A DNA stretch of 63,594 nucleotides, counting the filler, from Thraustochytrium aureum (lineage: Eukaryota), in the NCBI GenBank assembly GCA_012862495.1. It is 5 parts of 4 records of this genome, joined end to end, with 100 filler letters (N's around TTAATTAATTAA, not from the genome) between each part and the next. Parts side by side here need not be neighbours in the genome. Positions count along the whole stretch, not along the records: positions 14,631 to 44,785 come from BLSG01000153.1; 4 more parts are not named here. The stretch is one strand, 5' to 3'. Below the pieces are notes generated by a model. It was not told the DNA's origin. It ran no database searches and worked only from the letters and a program-made list of their open reading frames with translations. The translations under genes were made by a program, and so were the position numbers. Positions within the stretch are counted from its first letter, which is position 1. Every line of letters starts with the position of its first letter. Below are positions 21,788-33,627 of this stretch, one piece after another.

Positions 21788-24328
21788 ATGGCGCCGATGC
21801 GAAGGTGGTGGACCATGGCCGTGGCTGTCGCTGTGGTCGGCGCTTGCGGAGGCAACTTTGGGGCTCGGGCTGACGAGGACGTCACGGTGGAAACCCAGGC
21901 CGACCCAGTGGAGGAGCCGGCGAGCACGCTGGTGGAGCTGAATGCTGCAAACATCGACGAGGAGGTGTTCCGGTCCCGACGCACTTGGGTCGTGCTGGTC
22001 ACCGCGAGCGAGGGCTGCCCGATGTGTGAGATGATGGAGAATGTGCTCGAGTCTGCCGAGCGGATGAGCAAGGGCCTGGCACGCTTTGGCGTCCTTGACG
22101 CGGCGCGCAAGGAAAACCAAAAGGTTCTGCAAGCCACAGGCCAGGGCCTGCAAGTGCCGCAGGTCCGCGTGTATCTTGAGCACGGGCAGCGCAACCTATA
22201 CAAGAAGAGCGAGTTCTTCAGGGACTTTGTTCTCTACACTGGCGCACAAAGTGCTCGCGGGCTGAAAAAGTTTCTGTTCGAGGAGGTGGCGAAGAACGCG
22301 CCAGTTGCGAGCCTCGGCGCAGCGACGTGGAAGAGCTGGCTCGGCGAGCGCGGAGGCGCGGGAGCCGCCGTTGTCGCGTTCAGCAGCAAATCGTCCCCTA
22401 GCTCGCTACTGGCAGGCCTGGGCCGCGCGCTTGCTGGCGCCGCTCCCGTGGCGCAATACAGCGGGTTTGGCTCGGAGGAGGACGACGCGCAAGCCGCCGC
22501 GGCCGCAGCGGCGGCGATGGGGGGCGTCGAGGGTGTCCCCGCGCTGGCTGTCCGCGACGTCGGGGAGAATGCAAAGTGGTCTGTGATGAGCGGCGAGGCC
22601 CTGTCAAAGGCAACGCTCGACGACCTGCTCGATTTCGTCAAGGCGAACGCGCCCGGACTCGGCGACCTGTCCAGGCTTGGGGAAACCTCTGGCGGCAGCA
22701 CTGGCGCAAAGCAGCAGGATGGGGCTGGGTCTTCTTCACTGGAGGACCGCGAGCTCGGCGTAGTGCGAAGCGCCGTCGAACTGAAGGAGTTTGTGCTAGA
22801 CCACAAGCTGCCCGTGCTGCTCGCAATACGGCGCCCTGGCGGGGCGGAGCGGAGCCCGGCGGACTGGAGCAAGTTCCAGAGCAAGGCTTTCGGCGTCGGG
22901 GCGCATATCGTATACTGCGACGAGGGAGCAGAGCAGGCCCTGAAGGACGCGGTGTGCGCTGCGCTATCCGCGGGCGAGGGCGAGTGGGAGCTCCGGCTGC
23001 GCGACTATGTGGCTCCTGCCCGCGAGGGCGCCGAGCAGGCTGCAGAGGAACCTGCAATCCGGGACTGGAGCCGCGTCGATTCGCTCGCGCAGGCTCGATC
23101 GGACGCGCTCGCGACCATTCCGGACACGGTTGTGCCAGTCCCGGCCAGCATGACGCAGGGCTTTGTCTCCATGGCGGTCCAGTCCCAAATGCAGGCTATC
23201 ATTCTGTTCGGAAAGCAGAAGGACCCGCCCGCGATGCTGACCGCTGTTGCAGCGGCCCTGCAGGGCCTGGCACTCTTTGGGTACCGTGGCGACCCGAACC
23301 CGAAGGACCTCGAGGCAGAGTTTGGGGTCCCCCCCTCCATGCCCCTCCCCGTACTTGCCGCGATGATCGTCGAGAAGGGCGACAAGCCCGAGGAGACAAG
23401 GATGATGCTGTCGGTGTACGACCGGGCCCGGTTCGGCAAGTTCTCGTACCACTCGATCCTCTCGTTCGCGCTCCAGGTCGCCTCGCAATCGATCCCCGAA
23501 GCGGCGACGCCGTGGCTCAAGACGCACGGGCCCGGGATTGGTCTCGTTATGAACACGGACGAGGACATCAACCAGGACGCGGACACACCCGGCCAAGCGG
23601 GCAGCGCTGGGGTGAACCCCGCGCTGAGCTTTGACGACCCCAAAAACGACCTGGAGCAGCTGGGCACGGCGCAAAAGTGGTCGCGCTTGTGCCCCGACTC
23701 TGCCAACGCAGCGCAGTTGATGTGCGTGATCGGGTTTTTCGATGGCGACCCGCTGAACAGCGAGCTGGCTGCCCAGAAGGCCGTGCTGCAGGCGGCCCGT
23801 GAAAAGCTGCTCGCCACCCCTGCCGGCAAGGCGCGGCTACGGTTTCTTTGGGCCGATGGGACCTGCCAAAGCGATTTCATGTCTGCCTTTGAGGTGGAGG
23901 CAACCGCTCTGCCTGGCGTCGTGGTCTACCACCCGCGCAAGCGCGTGGCGTTCAAGATGCTCGCCGGGTTTTCGGAAGCCAAGCTCGAAAAGTTCCTGAA
24001 CGGCGTTGTGGCTGGGAGGGGCAAGGCGCCGCGCGAGCTGGCCGTCCGGCCCGAGCTGGCCGAGGTCGACTGCTCTGCGCTGGCGAGCCGTGCGGTGCCT
24101 GTTGAGGACGGCAGTGCCGACGACGAGGGCGAGGAGGACTGGCTCGCCGAAATCCGCGCCGAAGAGGCGCGCGAGGCGGCGGAGCGCAAAGCTGCTCTGC
24201 AGCGCGAGCTGGACGAGATCAAGGCGCAAAAGGAGGCGGCTGCAAAGGCGGAGGCAGACAGCGCCTCGTCGAAGCGGCGCAGGCGTCGCCGGCGCCGCAA
24301 GGCGTCCTCCGAGAAGGACGAGCTGTGA
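21788..24328 (+). CDS. ER-resident multi-thioredoxin-domain (PDI-family-like) protein
   Basis: Signal peptide, a thioredoxin domain with CPMC (VELNAANIDEEV..WVVLV..CPMC), further Trx-like domains without CXXC, and C-terminal KDEL. Confidence 0.8.
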   Translation: MAPMRRWWTMAVAVAVVGACGGNFGARADEDVTVETQADPVEEPASTLVELNAANIDEEVFRSRRTWVVLVTASEGCPMCEMMENVLESAERMSKGLARFGVLDAARKENQKVLQATGQGLQVPQVRVYLEHGQRNLYKKSEFFRDFVLYTGAQSARGLKKFLFEEVAKNAPVASLGAATWKSWLGERGGAGAAVVAFSSKSSPSSLLAGLGRALAGAAPVAQYSGFGSEEDDAQAAAAAAAAMGGVEGVPALAVRDVGENAKWSVMSGEALSKATLDDLLDFVKANAPGLGDLSRLGETSGGSTGAKQQDGAGSSSLEDRELGVVRSAVELKEFVLDHKLPVLLAIRRPGGAERSPADWSKFQSKAFGVGAHIVYCDEGAEQALKDAVCAALSAGEGEWELRLRDYVAPAREGAEQAAEEPAIRDWSRVDSLAQARSDALATIPDTVVPVPASMTQGFVSMAVQSQMQAIILFGKQKDPPAMLTAVAAALQGLALFGYRGDPNPKDLEAEFGVPPSMPLPVLAAMIVEKGDKPEETRMMLSVYDRARFGKFSYHSILSFALQVASQSIPEAATPWLKTHGPGIGLVMNTDEDINQDADTPGQAGSAGVNPALSFDDPKNDLEQLGTAQKWSRLCPDSANAAQLMCVIGFFDGDPLNSELAAQKAVLQAAREKLLATPAGKARLRFLWADGTCQSDFMSAFEVEATALPGVVVYHPRKRVAFKMLAGFSEAKLEKFLNGVVAGRGKAPRELAVRPELAEVDCSALASRAVPVEDGSADDEGEEDWLAEIRAEEAREAAERKAALQRELDEIKAQKEAAAKAEADSASSKRRRRRRRRKASSEKDEL

Positions 24329-24518
24329 CGTGGTTTGGTAGAGCCTTTTGCGGACAGGCCCAGCCAGATAAGACAACCTTCTCGTTTCGATGCGTCGCTG
24401 CCTTGCCTTCTTACCCAGCGAAGTACCTCTACTAGCTCTCGCTCGCTCGCTAGCTCTAGAGAGCTCTCGCTCCTAGCTCTCGAGCTCTTGAGAGAGTTGC
24501 ACGACACAAGCGTGCGCC

Positions 24519-24957
24519 TCACAGCTTCGAGTCCGGCTCCCCGTCGCGCAGCAATGCGAGGACGGGGCGGACGAGCTCGGTTTTCAGCACAGCGACCGTG
24601 CGGCGGTTGCGCGGCACCGCCTTTGGTGCGAGCTGCGCCGCGAGCTCCTTTGCTGCCGCGAGCGTGGCAGCCGCGCCCTCCTGGACGCGGTCAACGAGCC
24701 CTGCGCGCAGCGCTGCCGGGCCGTCGAAGCGCGTTCCCGGCAGGTACATGTTGCGCACTTGCAAGGGCGAGAGCTTGGCCAGCAGAACTGCAGTCATCTT
24801 GGCGTCCGCATTGCGGAACGCTCCTGGCTTGATGTGCGACTCTGCGGCGGCCGGCCCGGCAGGCGCCGCGAGCGCCATGTCGACCTCGTTCATGCACATA
24901 AACCCCCTGTCAGCCCGCATGACCCTGTAGTCCTGCGCCATCGCCAGCAAGCAGCCG
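24519..24957 (-). CDS. Enoyl-CoA delta-isomerase/hydratase family protein, peroxisomal (3' part)
   Basis: Crotonase motif GCLLAMAQDYRVMRADRGFMCMNEVDM..AALRAGLVD and C-terminal SKL (PTS1). The 5' part lies in the gap. Confidence 0.85.
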
Positions 24958-26928
24958 NNNNNNNNNNNNNNNNNNNNNNNNNNNNNNNNNNNNNNNNNNN
25001 NNNNNNNNNNNNNNNNNNNNNNNNNNNNNNNNNNNNNNNNNNNNNNNNNNNNNNNNNNNNNNNNNNNNNNNNNNNNNNNNNNNNNNNNNNNNNNNNNNNN
25101 NNNNNNNNNNNNNNNNNNNNNNNNNNNNNNNNNNNNNNNNNNNNNNNNNNNNNNNNNNNNNNNNNNNNNNNNNNNNNNNNNNNNNNNNNNNNNNNNNNNN
25201 NNNNNNNNNNNNNNNNNNNNNNNNNNNNNNNNNNNNNNNNNNNNNNNNNNNNNNNNNNNNNNNNNNNNNNNNNNNNNNNNNNNNNNNNNNNNNNNNNNNN
25301 NNNNNNNNNNNNNNNNNNNNNNNNNNNNNNNNNNNNNNNNNNNNNNNNNNNNNNNNNNNNNNNNNNNNNNNNNNNNNNNNNNNNNNNNNNNNNNNNNNNN
25401 NNNNNNNNNNNNNNNNNNNNNNNNNNNNNNNNNNNNNNNNNNNNNNNNNNNNNNNNNNNNNNNNNNNNNNNNNNNNNNNNNNNNNNNNNNNNNNNNNNNN
25501 NNNNNNNNNNNNNNNNNNNNNNNNNNNNNNNNNNNNNNNNNNNNNNNNNNNNNNNNNNNNNNATGGGGGCCCAAATCTTTCCCGAGATCCGGCCTGATTG
25601 ACGAGTCAGGCTGGCGAAGCAGCGACGCTCATGCAGTCACGCGAGCTGGCGGATCCGGGGGGTCGCGAGAATCCGCCACGCCGCCCGCACGTGCTCTGCT
25701 GAGCGTCCCAGCTTGCGGACGGCGTCAACCTAACCTGCGCCCTAACAGAGCAAAGAGCGATGTGGGCGTGCGACCACTTTCCACGCGTCGAAATGACCGT
25801 ACCCACTCCACTCCCTTGGAGCAGTTGTGCAGGTTGTCTTGCAGGACTGCCAATGGCGCAAACTGCGTCGTTCACAGCAGCACACGGCAAACTGCCTGGC
25901 GATCCAGCGTCTACGAGGTACTGGACTGCTCGGGCCTCTCGCGCTAGCTAGAGTTGCTTGCGCCCACCTTGCCGAACGTCCTACAAGCCTCCGAAGAGCG
26001 GGGTGATGAGCGCCGTGCGCGCCGTCGAGTGTCCACATGGCAACGGAAACTACCCCGACGAGCAGCATTCAGAATCAGAATTCAGATGCACACCACCTTG
26101 GTTGACGGCACATACCTGGCCGGTCCATCGCTCGAGCCGCAGCCTGCCGAGTCTCGACGGACGTCTTCCTTCCTCTGCCTCTCCTGCAGAGCAGACGCCA
26201 CGTGCCGCCGGAAACATCCCCCTTTGCCGGGTGGACGGGCCTCCGAGTTGTGCCAACTTGCGTCGTTCTTGTTCATGCGAGAGTGGTAAGCGAGCGCTCG
26301 CGGCCAGAGGGAGTACGGCTGACCTCCTGTCTCCTCTCGGTCTGTCTTCTCATCGTCGCCGTGAAGCGCTCACGCGAGCCGGCCGAGCCGAGCACCTTTC
26401 GGACCCTCTCGAGGCGCAGGGCTGCTGCGCGTGACAGCCAGCACACGTCAACCTGACGGTGGAGTTCGCGATGATAATCGCCGTGGTGGTCGGGGTTGGT
26501 CCCCCTGTACATCGAACAGCAGGCAGGGGATTGGGGGAGAAGAAATGCATGGGCCGCGTGGGCTGGCTGGGCAAGGGCTGGCGTTCGTGGGGCCGCGGCT
26601 GCCTGTAGCGCGGTTTCGGCGGCGGCGATAGGTACGGCAAGGCAGGCTTCGCTTGCTTGGTTTGTGGCCCGCTCTTGTCGCGCCCCCCTCCCCCTGCTCG
26701 GTGCCACCTTCACACATGGTGGCCTACATTGTGGGCGCACGCATGGTTTTCCACGAGGTTAGGTATTTTCGAAGAAATGTGCCGCTTGCTGCAATTTGCT
26801 TGCTGCATCCGTCAGCCAGGCCACGATCCCCGGAGGCTGGGCAAACCCGAAACGAGCGCAGGCCTAATCGAGAGGAGCGCAACTGGTCCATCAAGTGCAA
26901 GGAGACAGACCGAGGTTTCTGAAGAAAA

Positions 26929-28347
26929 ATGCGCGTCGGGCTGGCCCTTTACGCGAGCGCCCTCGCGGCCTCCTCGGTTAACGCCATCTATGAGCCCACG
27001 CAGGTGAGCCGCCGTGGCCTTGCCATCGCCAACGAGTACCTGGCAAGCGCCATTCTTACCCCGACCGACTGCGAGCGCCTCCGCGCCGCTATCAACCGCC
27101 TCAAGGCCAAGTTCGCCTCCGGCCCTGCGCTGCGCAGCACCAACGTGGATGACCTGGCGATCCGCGAGGCCTGCATCGTCGGATTCAACGCCGAGGCTGG
27201 CTTTGTCGAGTACCTCAAGGCCAACCTCGCAAGCGAGCTGCCCGACTTTAAGGACCTTGACAAGGTCGTCTTCGAGCAAGACTCTGTCGTCGTGCCCGAA
27301 GCTGTCGCGAGCTGGGGCCTCGACCGCATCGACCAGGCCAGCCTCCCCCTGAACGAGAACTTCGCCCCAGGGTATACCGGCAAGGGCGTCAAGGTCTACA
27401 TCGTCGACACGGGTGTCAACGACAACCACGTCGACTTTACCGGTCGCGCCACGCAAGCTGTCGACTTTTCCGGCGAGGGTAACGTGGATGGGAACGGGCA
27501 CGGCACGCACTGCGCCGGGACTGTTGCTGGCAAGACCTTCGGCATCGCCAGCGATGCCAGTATCTTCGGCGTCAAGGTGCTCGGCGCCAATGGCGGAAGC
27601 AACCAGGGCGTGATCCGCGGCGTGCAGTGGGCCGTCACCAATGCCGCCGGCAAGTCTGGCGTCATCTCGATGTCCCTAGGCGGCGGCGCTAGCACCGCGC
27701 TCGACAACGCTGTCAAGCAGGCTGCGCAGAGCGGGATGATCGTCGTTGTCGCTGCCGGCAACGAGAACCAAAACGCCTGCAACGTGTCGCCCGCGCGCGC
27801 TGGCGGCCAGGGCCCAGGCGGGAGCGTGATCACAGTCGGGTCCACGACGCGGACCGATCTCATGTCGAGCTTTTCCAACTACGGTGCCTGCACGGACGTG
27901 TTTGCCCCCGGGTCGTCGATCACGTCGGCTTGGATTGGCAGCACGACGGCGACCAACACGATTTCGGGGACCTCGATGGCGACCCCGCACGTTGCCGGCG
28001 TTGCAGCTGCGCTCCTGGAGAAGCACAACCTCAACAAGGCTGCCGCACAGGCAGAGCTCTTCGCGCTCGTCGCCAACAACAAGGTGGACAACATTGGCCC
28101 CGGCTCGCCCAACAAGTTGCTCCAGGTGCCTGTGGGCGCCGCGGCAACGCCCACTGTTCCCCCGACCACGCCGCCCGTCCCTGCCCCAACGCCCAACCCC
28201 GGCAACGGCAACCCCGGGGTCCCGGCCGGGTGGACTTGCCCGGCGGCCTGGTACAACACCAACGATGGCTGCGACTGCGGCTGCGGCGCCGGTGCCGTCG
28301 ACCCGGACTGCACCAAGCCGACCACCACCACGCTGTACTGCCGCGGC
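26929..28347 (+). CDS. Secreted subtilisin-like serine protease (S8, proteinase K type) with Pro/Thr linker and Cys-rich module; 3' end in gap
   Basis: Signal peptide and propeptide, then SWGLDRIDQ. Catalytic triad motifs [23 protein letters not shown]; oxyanion motif AAGN. Confidence 0.95.
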
Positions 28348-29195
28348 CNNNNNNNNNNNNNNNNNNNNNNNNNNNNNNNNNNNNNNNNNNNNNNNNNNNN
28401 NNNNNNNNNNNNNNNNNNNNNNNNNNNNNNNNNNNNNNNNNNNNNNNNNNNNNNNNNNNNNNNNNNNNNNNNNNNNNNNNNNNNNNNNNNNNNNNNNNNN
28501 NNNNNNNNNNNNNNNNNNNNNNNNNNNNNNNNNNNNNNNNNNNNNNNNNNNNNNNNNNNNNNNNNNNNNNNNNNNNNNNNNNNNNNNNNNNNNNNNNNNN
28601 NNNNNNNNNNNNNNNNNNNNNNNNNNNNNNNNNNNNNNNNNNNNNNNNNNNNNNNNNNNNNNNNNNNNNNNNNNNNNNNNNNNNNNNNNNNNNNNNNNNN
28701 NNNNNNNNNNNNNNNNNNNNNNNNNNNNNNNNNNNNNNNNNNNNNNNNNNNNNNNNNNNNNNNNNNNNNNNNNNNNNNNNNNNAGCAGCAGCAGCAGCAG
28801 CAGCAGCAGTATGGCCAGCAGCAGCAGTATGGCCAGCAGCAGATGCCGTACTAAGTATGGGAGTTCAGGGCCGCGTTCCGAATCCACTGTTATTATAGGT
28901 CCGAAAGCATCTTTGTGACAAACCCGGCTTGCCCACTTTCGTTGAGCTGTTGCACGTCGCGGCTTTGCGCTCGAGAATAGAAATTTGGTGCTGGATGGAT
29001 GCGGTTACTGTAAAGTCTAATGAGCTCACTGTGCCTTGCCTGCATCGAGCGGCTGGAGCGGCCGGGCTCGCGCTCCAGAAACGTGCTCTAGCTACTAGAG
29101 CGGGTTGGTGTACCTGCTGGCGTCGTTGATTGCTGCCAAGCTCGAGTACATGTCGCTGTCCGGGGTACAATTAACATCAAACACGGTGCTCGCAA

Positions 29196-29444
29196 TCACT
29201 GCTGCTGGCCGCGCTTGACCATGGTCTGCGAGACCACCGACATGGTGTCCTTGTACCTATCCATGCACATTGCGAGGCACTTTTGATCGCGGCTGCTCAG
29301 CTCCGACCCGGGCTTGCTGATGCACTTGGCGAAGCACTTTTCGCTAATCTTGGTAAACAGCTCCTGCAGCGCCGCCTGCTGCACCTCGCCGCGCACCTGC
29401 GCGAGCAGCTGCGCCTGTTGTTCGGGGGAGATGTTCTGCGCCAT
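29196..29444 (-). CDS. TIM13: Mitochondrial intermembrane-space small Tim chaperone, Tim13-like
   Basis: Twin CX3C motif (KCFAKCISKPG...CLAMCMDRY) in an 82-aa protein. Confidence 0.88.
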   Translation of the reverse strand: MAQNISPEQQAQLLAQVRGEVQQAALQELFTKISEKCFAKCISKPGSELSSRDQKCLAMCMDRYKDTMSVVSQTMVKRGQQQ

Positions 29445-29778
29445 CGCGCACTTTCCAGCCACTCGGCAGCAAAAAAAGCACCTGGAGACAAGACAGCCAC
29501 GGCACCGTCGGATACGGGGGGTCCTGCGAGCCGTCAGTAGCGTGGGCGAGCGAGCGAGCGAGAGAGCGCGTCGAGCGTCGAGCGTCTGCTCGCACTTTGC
29601 TTGCTGCGCTTCCGAGTCTGTCGTCCGCCACGAACGCGACGAACACAGTGAACCGATTCTGTTCCAAGCAGCTCGCCCACTCGGGATGGTGCTCGGACGC
29701 TGATGGCGGTGCGGCTGCAGCTGCAGAGTCGCGGCTGCTCGGGCGGTCGTGTGCTTTGATCAAGAACGACAGCGCGCT

Positions 29779-29810
<32 letters not shown>

Positions 29811-30152
29811 TGTTGTTCATGGGGTTTTGTAGGTACTGCGTCGACTTTTGTGGAGGCAACGCTCCTTCTACTTCGTAAATGTGACGGGGCGTCTCTGCGC
29901 ACGACGAGTCCGCGTGCTGAATAACCTCCAGACCAGCCCGTAGGCACCGGACTGGCAACCAAAAGAAAGTCTGAAGGTGGCGAAGAGCCTGACGAATGAT
30001 GCTTGGCCTTCCTGTGTCGACTCGAAGCGATACTTGTTGACGATCGCCCACGGTGACCCGATGGGGACGGTTCACCCGCGGATCGAAACAGTTGCACCAA
30101 GCAATCTCTTGGCCTTGTTTATTGTTGCTGTTGTTGTTGTTGGCTAAAGCAC

Positions 30153-32207
30153 TTAAAAGTCTACCACCCGGCCGGCAGCCACGGTGACGCCGTTCTGGCG
30201 CAGCATCACACGAGCGAGCGGGCGGTAGTCTTCGTAACGCTCAACGCACACGGTCGATTCGGTGCGGAGCTCGAGCGTGGCTGTCTGGTTTTTCCGCACA
30301 AAGCGTGGGTTTGGCTTGGAGGCCCCATCTGGACCCAGCACGCTGACCAGCTTGGTGATGACGGCAGGCACCGCCGTGCTCTGGATGTGCAGGTTGACCT
30401 GCGTGCCGTTCAGCAGCGGGACCGCGAGCCCGTCAAAGGTAGAGATCTCGACGGTGAAGCGGTCGATCACGGGGACTGGCTGCTTGGCGTCGCAGACGAT
30501 GCTGGAGGCGCTGATCATGGTGTCCTCGATCCCGGTGAGCCCGATTTCGACGTTCTCGCCGGCCTTGGCGTACTTTGAGGAAACGACCTCTTTACCCCGG
30601 TGCCGCTGGATCGCCTTGACCTTTGCGAGCTGGTTGCTGGGGGCTACGATGACGGACTGGCCCTCTTTGATCACGCCAGCTTCGATCTTGCCACTCGCGG
30701 TGAGCGGGCCCAGCAAGATGCTCTTGAAAACGTCGGCGACAACCATGCGGAGCGGCTTTTGCACTGGCCGTTTGACGGCCTCCATAGAGTCTATGGCTTG
30801 ACACAGCGTTGGCCCCTGGTACCAGTCGGCCGTGCCCTTGGGCAGCGGATCGACGAGGTTGGAGCCTTCGAGCCCGGACAAGGGAATGAAGAAAAGGTCT
30901 TCTACAGCGTAGCCCGCGCTACCAACGAGGAACGCGCGCAGCTGGCCCACTACTTGATCGAAGCGCGCCTGCGACCAGCCGTTCATGTCCATCTTGTTGA
31001 CCGCCACGACGAGGCGCCGGATGCCGCAGTAACGCACGAGCATGGCATGCTCCTTGGTTTGCCCGTTGCTCTGAAACGTGCTCTCAAACTCGCCCGTGTT
31101 GGCCGGCACGACCAGCACCGCCACGTCGCCCTGCACGGCGCCGGTGATCATGTTGGGGATAAAGTCGCGGTGACCTGGGGCGTCCAGCAAGGTGATGCTG
31201 CGGTGCTCGGTTTCAAAGTACTTGATCCCCACCTCGACGGTTACGCCGCGCTCGCGCTCGTCCTCGTGCTCGTCGAGCACCCACGCAAACGCGAACGAAC
31301 CTTTTCCCAGCTGCTTGCTCTCCTTTTCAAACTTGTGCATGTCGCGCTGCGAGACAAACTTTAGCTTGTAGAGGAGGTGGCCCATCAGGGTCGACTTGCC
31401 GGCGTCCACGTGGCCGACGACGACCAGGTTTATGTTGGGCTTGGCGCCCTCCTCCTCCGCCTCGTCGATGCCGAGCTCTTGCAACGAGCGCAACACGTAC
31501 GCGACACGTTGGTGTGGCTGCTGCTTCTTCTGGTTGGCTTTTGCGCTTGCCTTGGTGTTGCGCTTCGGCTTTGCTGGCCCACTCGCCTCTGCTGCGGCGG
31601 CTCCCTCGCCTGATTCGACGGCCCTGGTCGTGGCTGGGTCTACTGCGGCTCGTTGTTCGGCTTGGGGAGTTGCAGGCGAGGCGCTCGCGACGACGACTGG
31701 CTTATTGGCCGCAGGAGAGGTCGAGGACTGCGTGGCGGTCTCTTGCTCGAGGATCCGGGCGACTGCACGGTCGGCATCGCCGTCGCAGACGCGCAGGGCT
31801 TGCTTGATCTTGTCGTTGCTGACGCCTTCGAGCATCTGGCTGATCTTGAACACTTTGGCGGCCATCTCGGCCTGCTCTTGCTTGGTGAGCTTGCGCTCGG
31901 GAGTGGGTTTCGGCGCGGCGGCCTTTGGCGCGGCGGCCTTTGGCGCGGCGGCCTTTGGCGCGGGAGGCTGCGCCGCTTGAACCACAGTGGCAGCCACCGT
32001 ATTATCCTCGCTGTTTTTGTACGAGTACTGCGCAAGCATCGCCGCCTCCTCGGTCGCATCGTAGTCCTCGTCATAGTAGTCCTCCTGCGCCCGCTCCAGT
32101 CAGCTCCGTGCTAGCTAGCTCCACAGCCAGGCGACGCGGAGCAAGCAACTCACATCATAGTCGTCGTAGAGGTCGTCGTCGTCGTACGCCTGCCTCACGC
32201 GCCTCAT
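30153..32207 (-). CDS. HBS1: HBS1-like translational GTPase (eRF3/EF1A family); exons 32207-32154 and 32084-30153
   Basis: GHVDAGKSTLMGHLL, SFAFAWVLDE, ERERGVT, DAPGHRDF, NKMD. Acidic Y/D-rich N-terminus plus a UBA/CUE-like helical domain. In-frame GTGAG..CAG intron. Confidence 0.92.
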
Positions 32208-32972
32208 TGCGCCTGCCCAGCCGACCAGCGCCTGTGTCCAGCGCGCGTCCGCGTCTCTGCGCGGCCCGGGCCGCGTCCCGCTTCCTTGGAGTCCGCCACG
32301 AACGGGAGGGAGGGAGGGAGGATACTCGCCTTGACGGGCACGATGGACCGTCTTTTGGACGCCTCCCGCGCGCCGATCGATGCCTTGCCGCCGCGCGGCT
32401 GAGCTGCCGGCGGATAGCGAGCGCAACGGGCGCCTTGATGCGAGCTGCGCTGCCGGTTGTCTNNNNNNNNNNNNNNNNNNNNNNNNNNNNNNNNNNNNNN
32501 NNNNNNNNNNNNNNNNNNNNNNNNNNNNNNNNNNNNNNNNNNNNNNNNNNNNNNNNNNNNNNNNNNNNNNNNNNNNNNNNNNNNNNNNNNNNNNNNNNNN
32601 NNNNNNNNNNNNNNNNNNNNNNNNNNNNNNNNNNNNNNNNNNNNNNNNNNNNNNNNNNNNNNNNNNNNNNNNNNNNNNNNNNNNNNNNNNNNNNNNNNNN
32701 NNNNNNNNNNNNNNNNNNNNNNNNNNNNNNNNNNNNNNNNNNNNNNNNNNNNNNNNNNNNNNNNNNNNNNNNNNNNNNNNNNNNNNNNNNNNNNNNNNNN
32801 NNNNNNNNNNNNNNNNNNNNNNNNNNNNNNNNNNNNNNNNNNNNNNNNNNNNNNNNNNNNNNNNNNNNNNNNNNNNNNNNNNNNNNNNNNNNNNNNNNNN
32901 NNNNNNNNNNNNNNNNNNNNNNNNNNNNNNNNNNNNNNNNNNNNNNNNNNNNNNNNNNNNNNNNNNNNNNNN

Positions 32973-33115
32973 CACGGGGAGGAAGGTGCTGAGCAGGCGC
33001 GCCTGCTGAACAAACGCCGGGCGCGCAAACGCCGGGCGTGCGGCAGCAGCGACGAGCTGCGGCCGCCCCGCGAGGCGGCGCGAGCGCCAACGCTAGCGAC
33101 GAGTCGGGTGAGCAT
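32973..33115 (-). CDS. Probable 5' end of a mitochondrion-targeted protein (rest in gap)
   Basis: MLTRLVASVGARAASRGGRSSSLLPHARRLRARRLFS: Arg/Ser/Leu-rich, no acidic residues, presequence-like. Confidence 0.45.
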
Positions 33116-33576
33116 TATTGGTTTTGGTGTGGGGTGGTGGCGATCCTCTCCGCTGCGCGCAGCACAACAACGCCGGTCCGCTTCGTTCCTAGCACCGCCC
33201 TTCGAACGCCTCTCCTGCTGCTGCTGCTGCCGCTGCTGCCGCTTCTGCTGCCGCTGCCGCTGCTGCTGGTGCTGCCCTGTCTCTGCTCTGCTCCTGCGCT
33301 TCTCCACTAAAGCAGCCGCACGTCGCTATCCTCAAACCCTAACCCAGTAACCTAGACTTGCCCTCTAATATTATAATTGCGGAGTAACTCCCTTGTTAAT
33401 AATAGAGGGTCTGGATCATTTAACCGGGGTTTGGTAGCGCGGCGGAGTTGCATTTTGAACGACCTTGGCGTCCCTCGCGCACGCTCGCTCGTGTGGGCAC
33501 CGGGCATCGGCCGGAGCTCTCCGGCTCCAGACCACACCCGTAGGTAGGTAGAGTACCTACGACCTAGTCACAACGG

Positions 33577-33627
33577 CTTCGCAGTTGTGACTTCGCAGTT
33601 GTGACTTCGCAGTTGTGACTTCGCAGT
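33577..33627. repeat. 14-bp tandem repeat (3.6 copies)
   Basis: CTTCGCAGTTGTGA x3 plus CTTCGCAGT. Confidence 0.9.

Noticed and set aside
25563..26928. Short ORFs in intergenic stretches (also 13900-14530, 20400-21700, 29500-30100, 41300-42900, 53100-54400)
   Set aside because: No domain signal or coherent exon chain could be established by eye. Small genes cannot be excluded.
28784..28854. QQQQYGQQQQYGQQQMPY as the C-terminus of the subtilase
   Set aside because: It is connected only through an N gap of estimated length and could be the end of another gene.
31730..31870. UBA/CUE-like domain in HBS1 as a novel fusion
   Set aside because: HBS1 proteins are already known to carry a small helical N-terminal domain.
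33334..33354. Telomere or interstitial telomeric array (AAACCCTAACCC)
   Set aside because: Fewer than two perfect units, and it forms one arm of the fold-back described in the findings.
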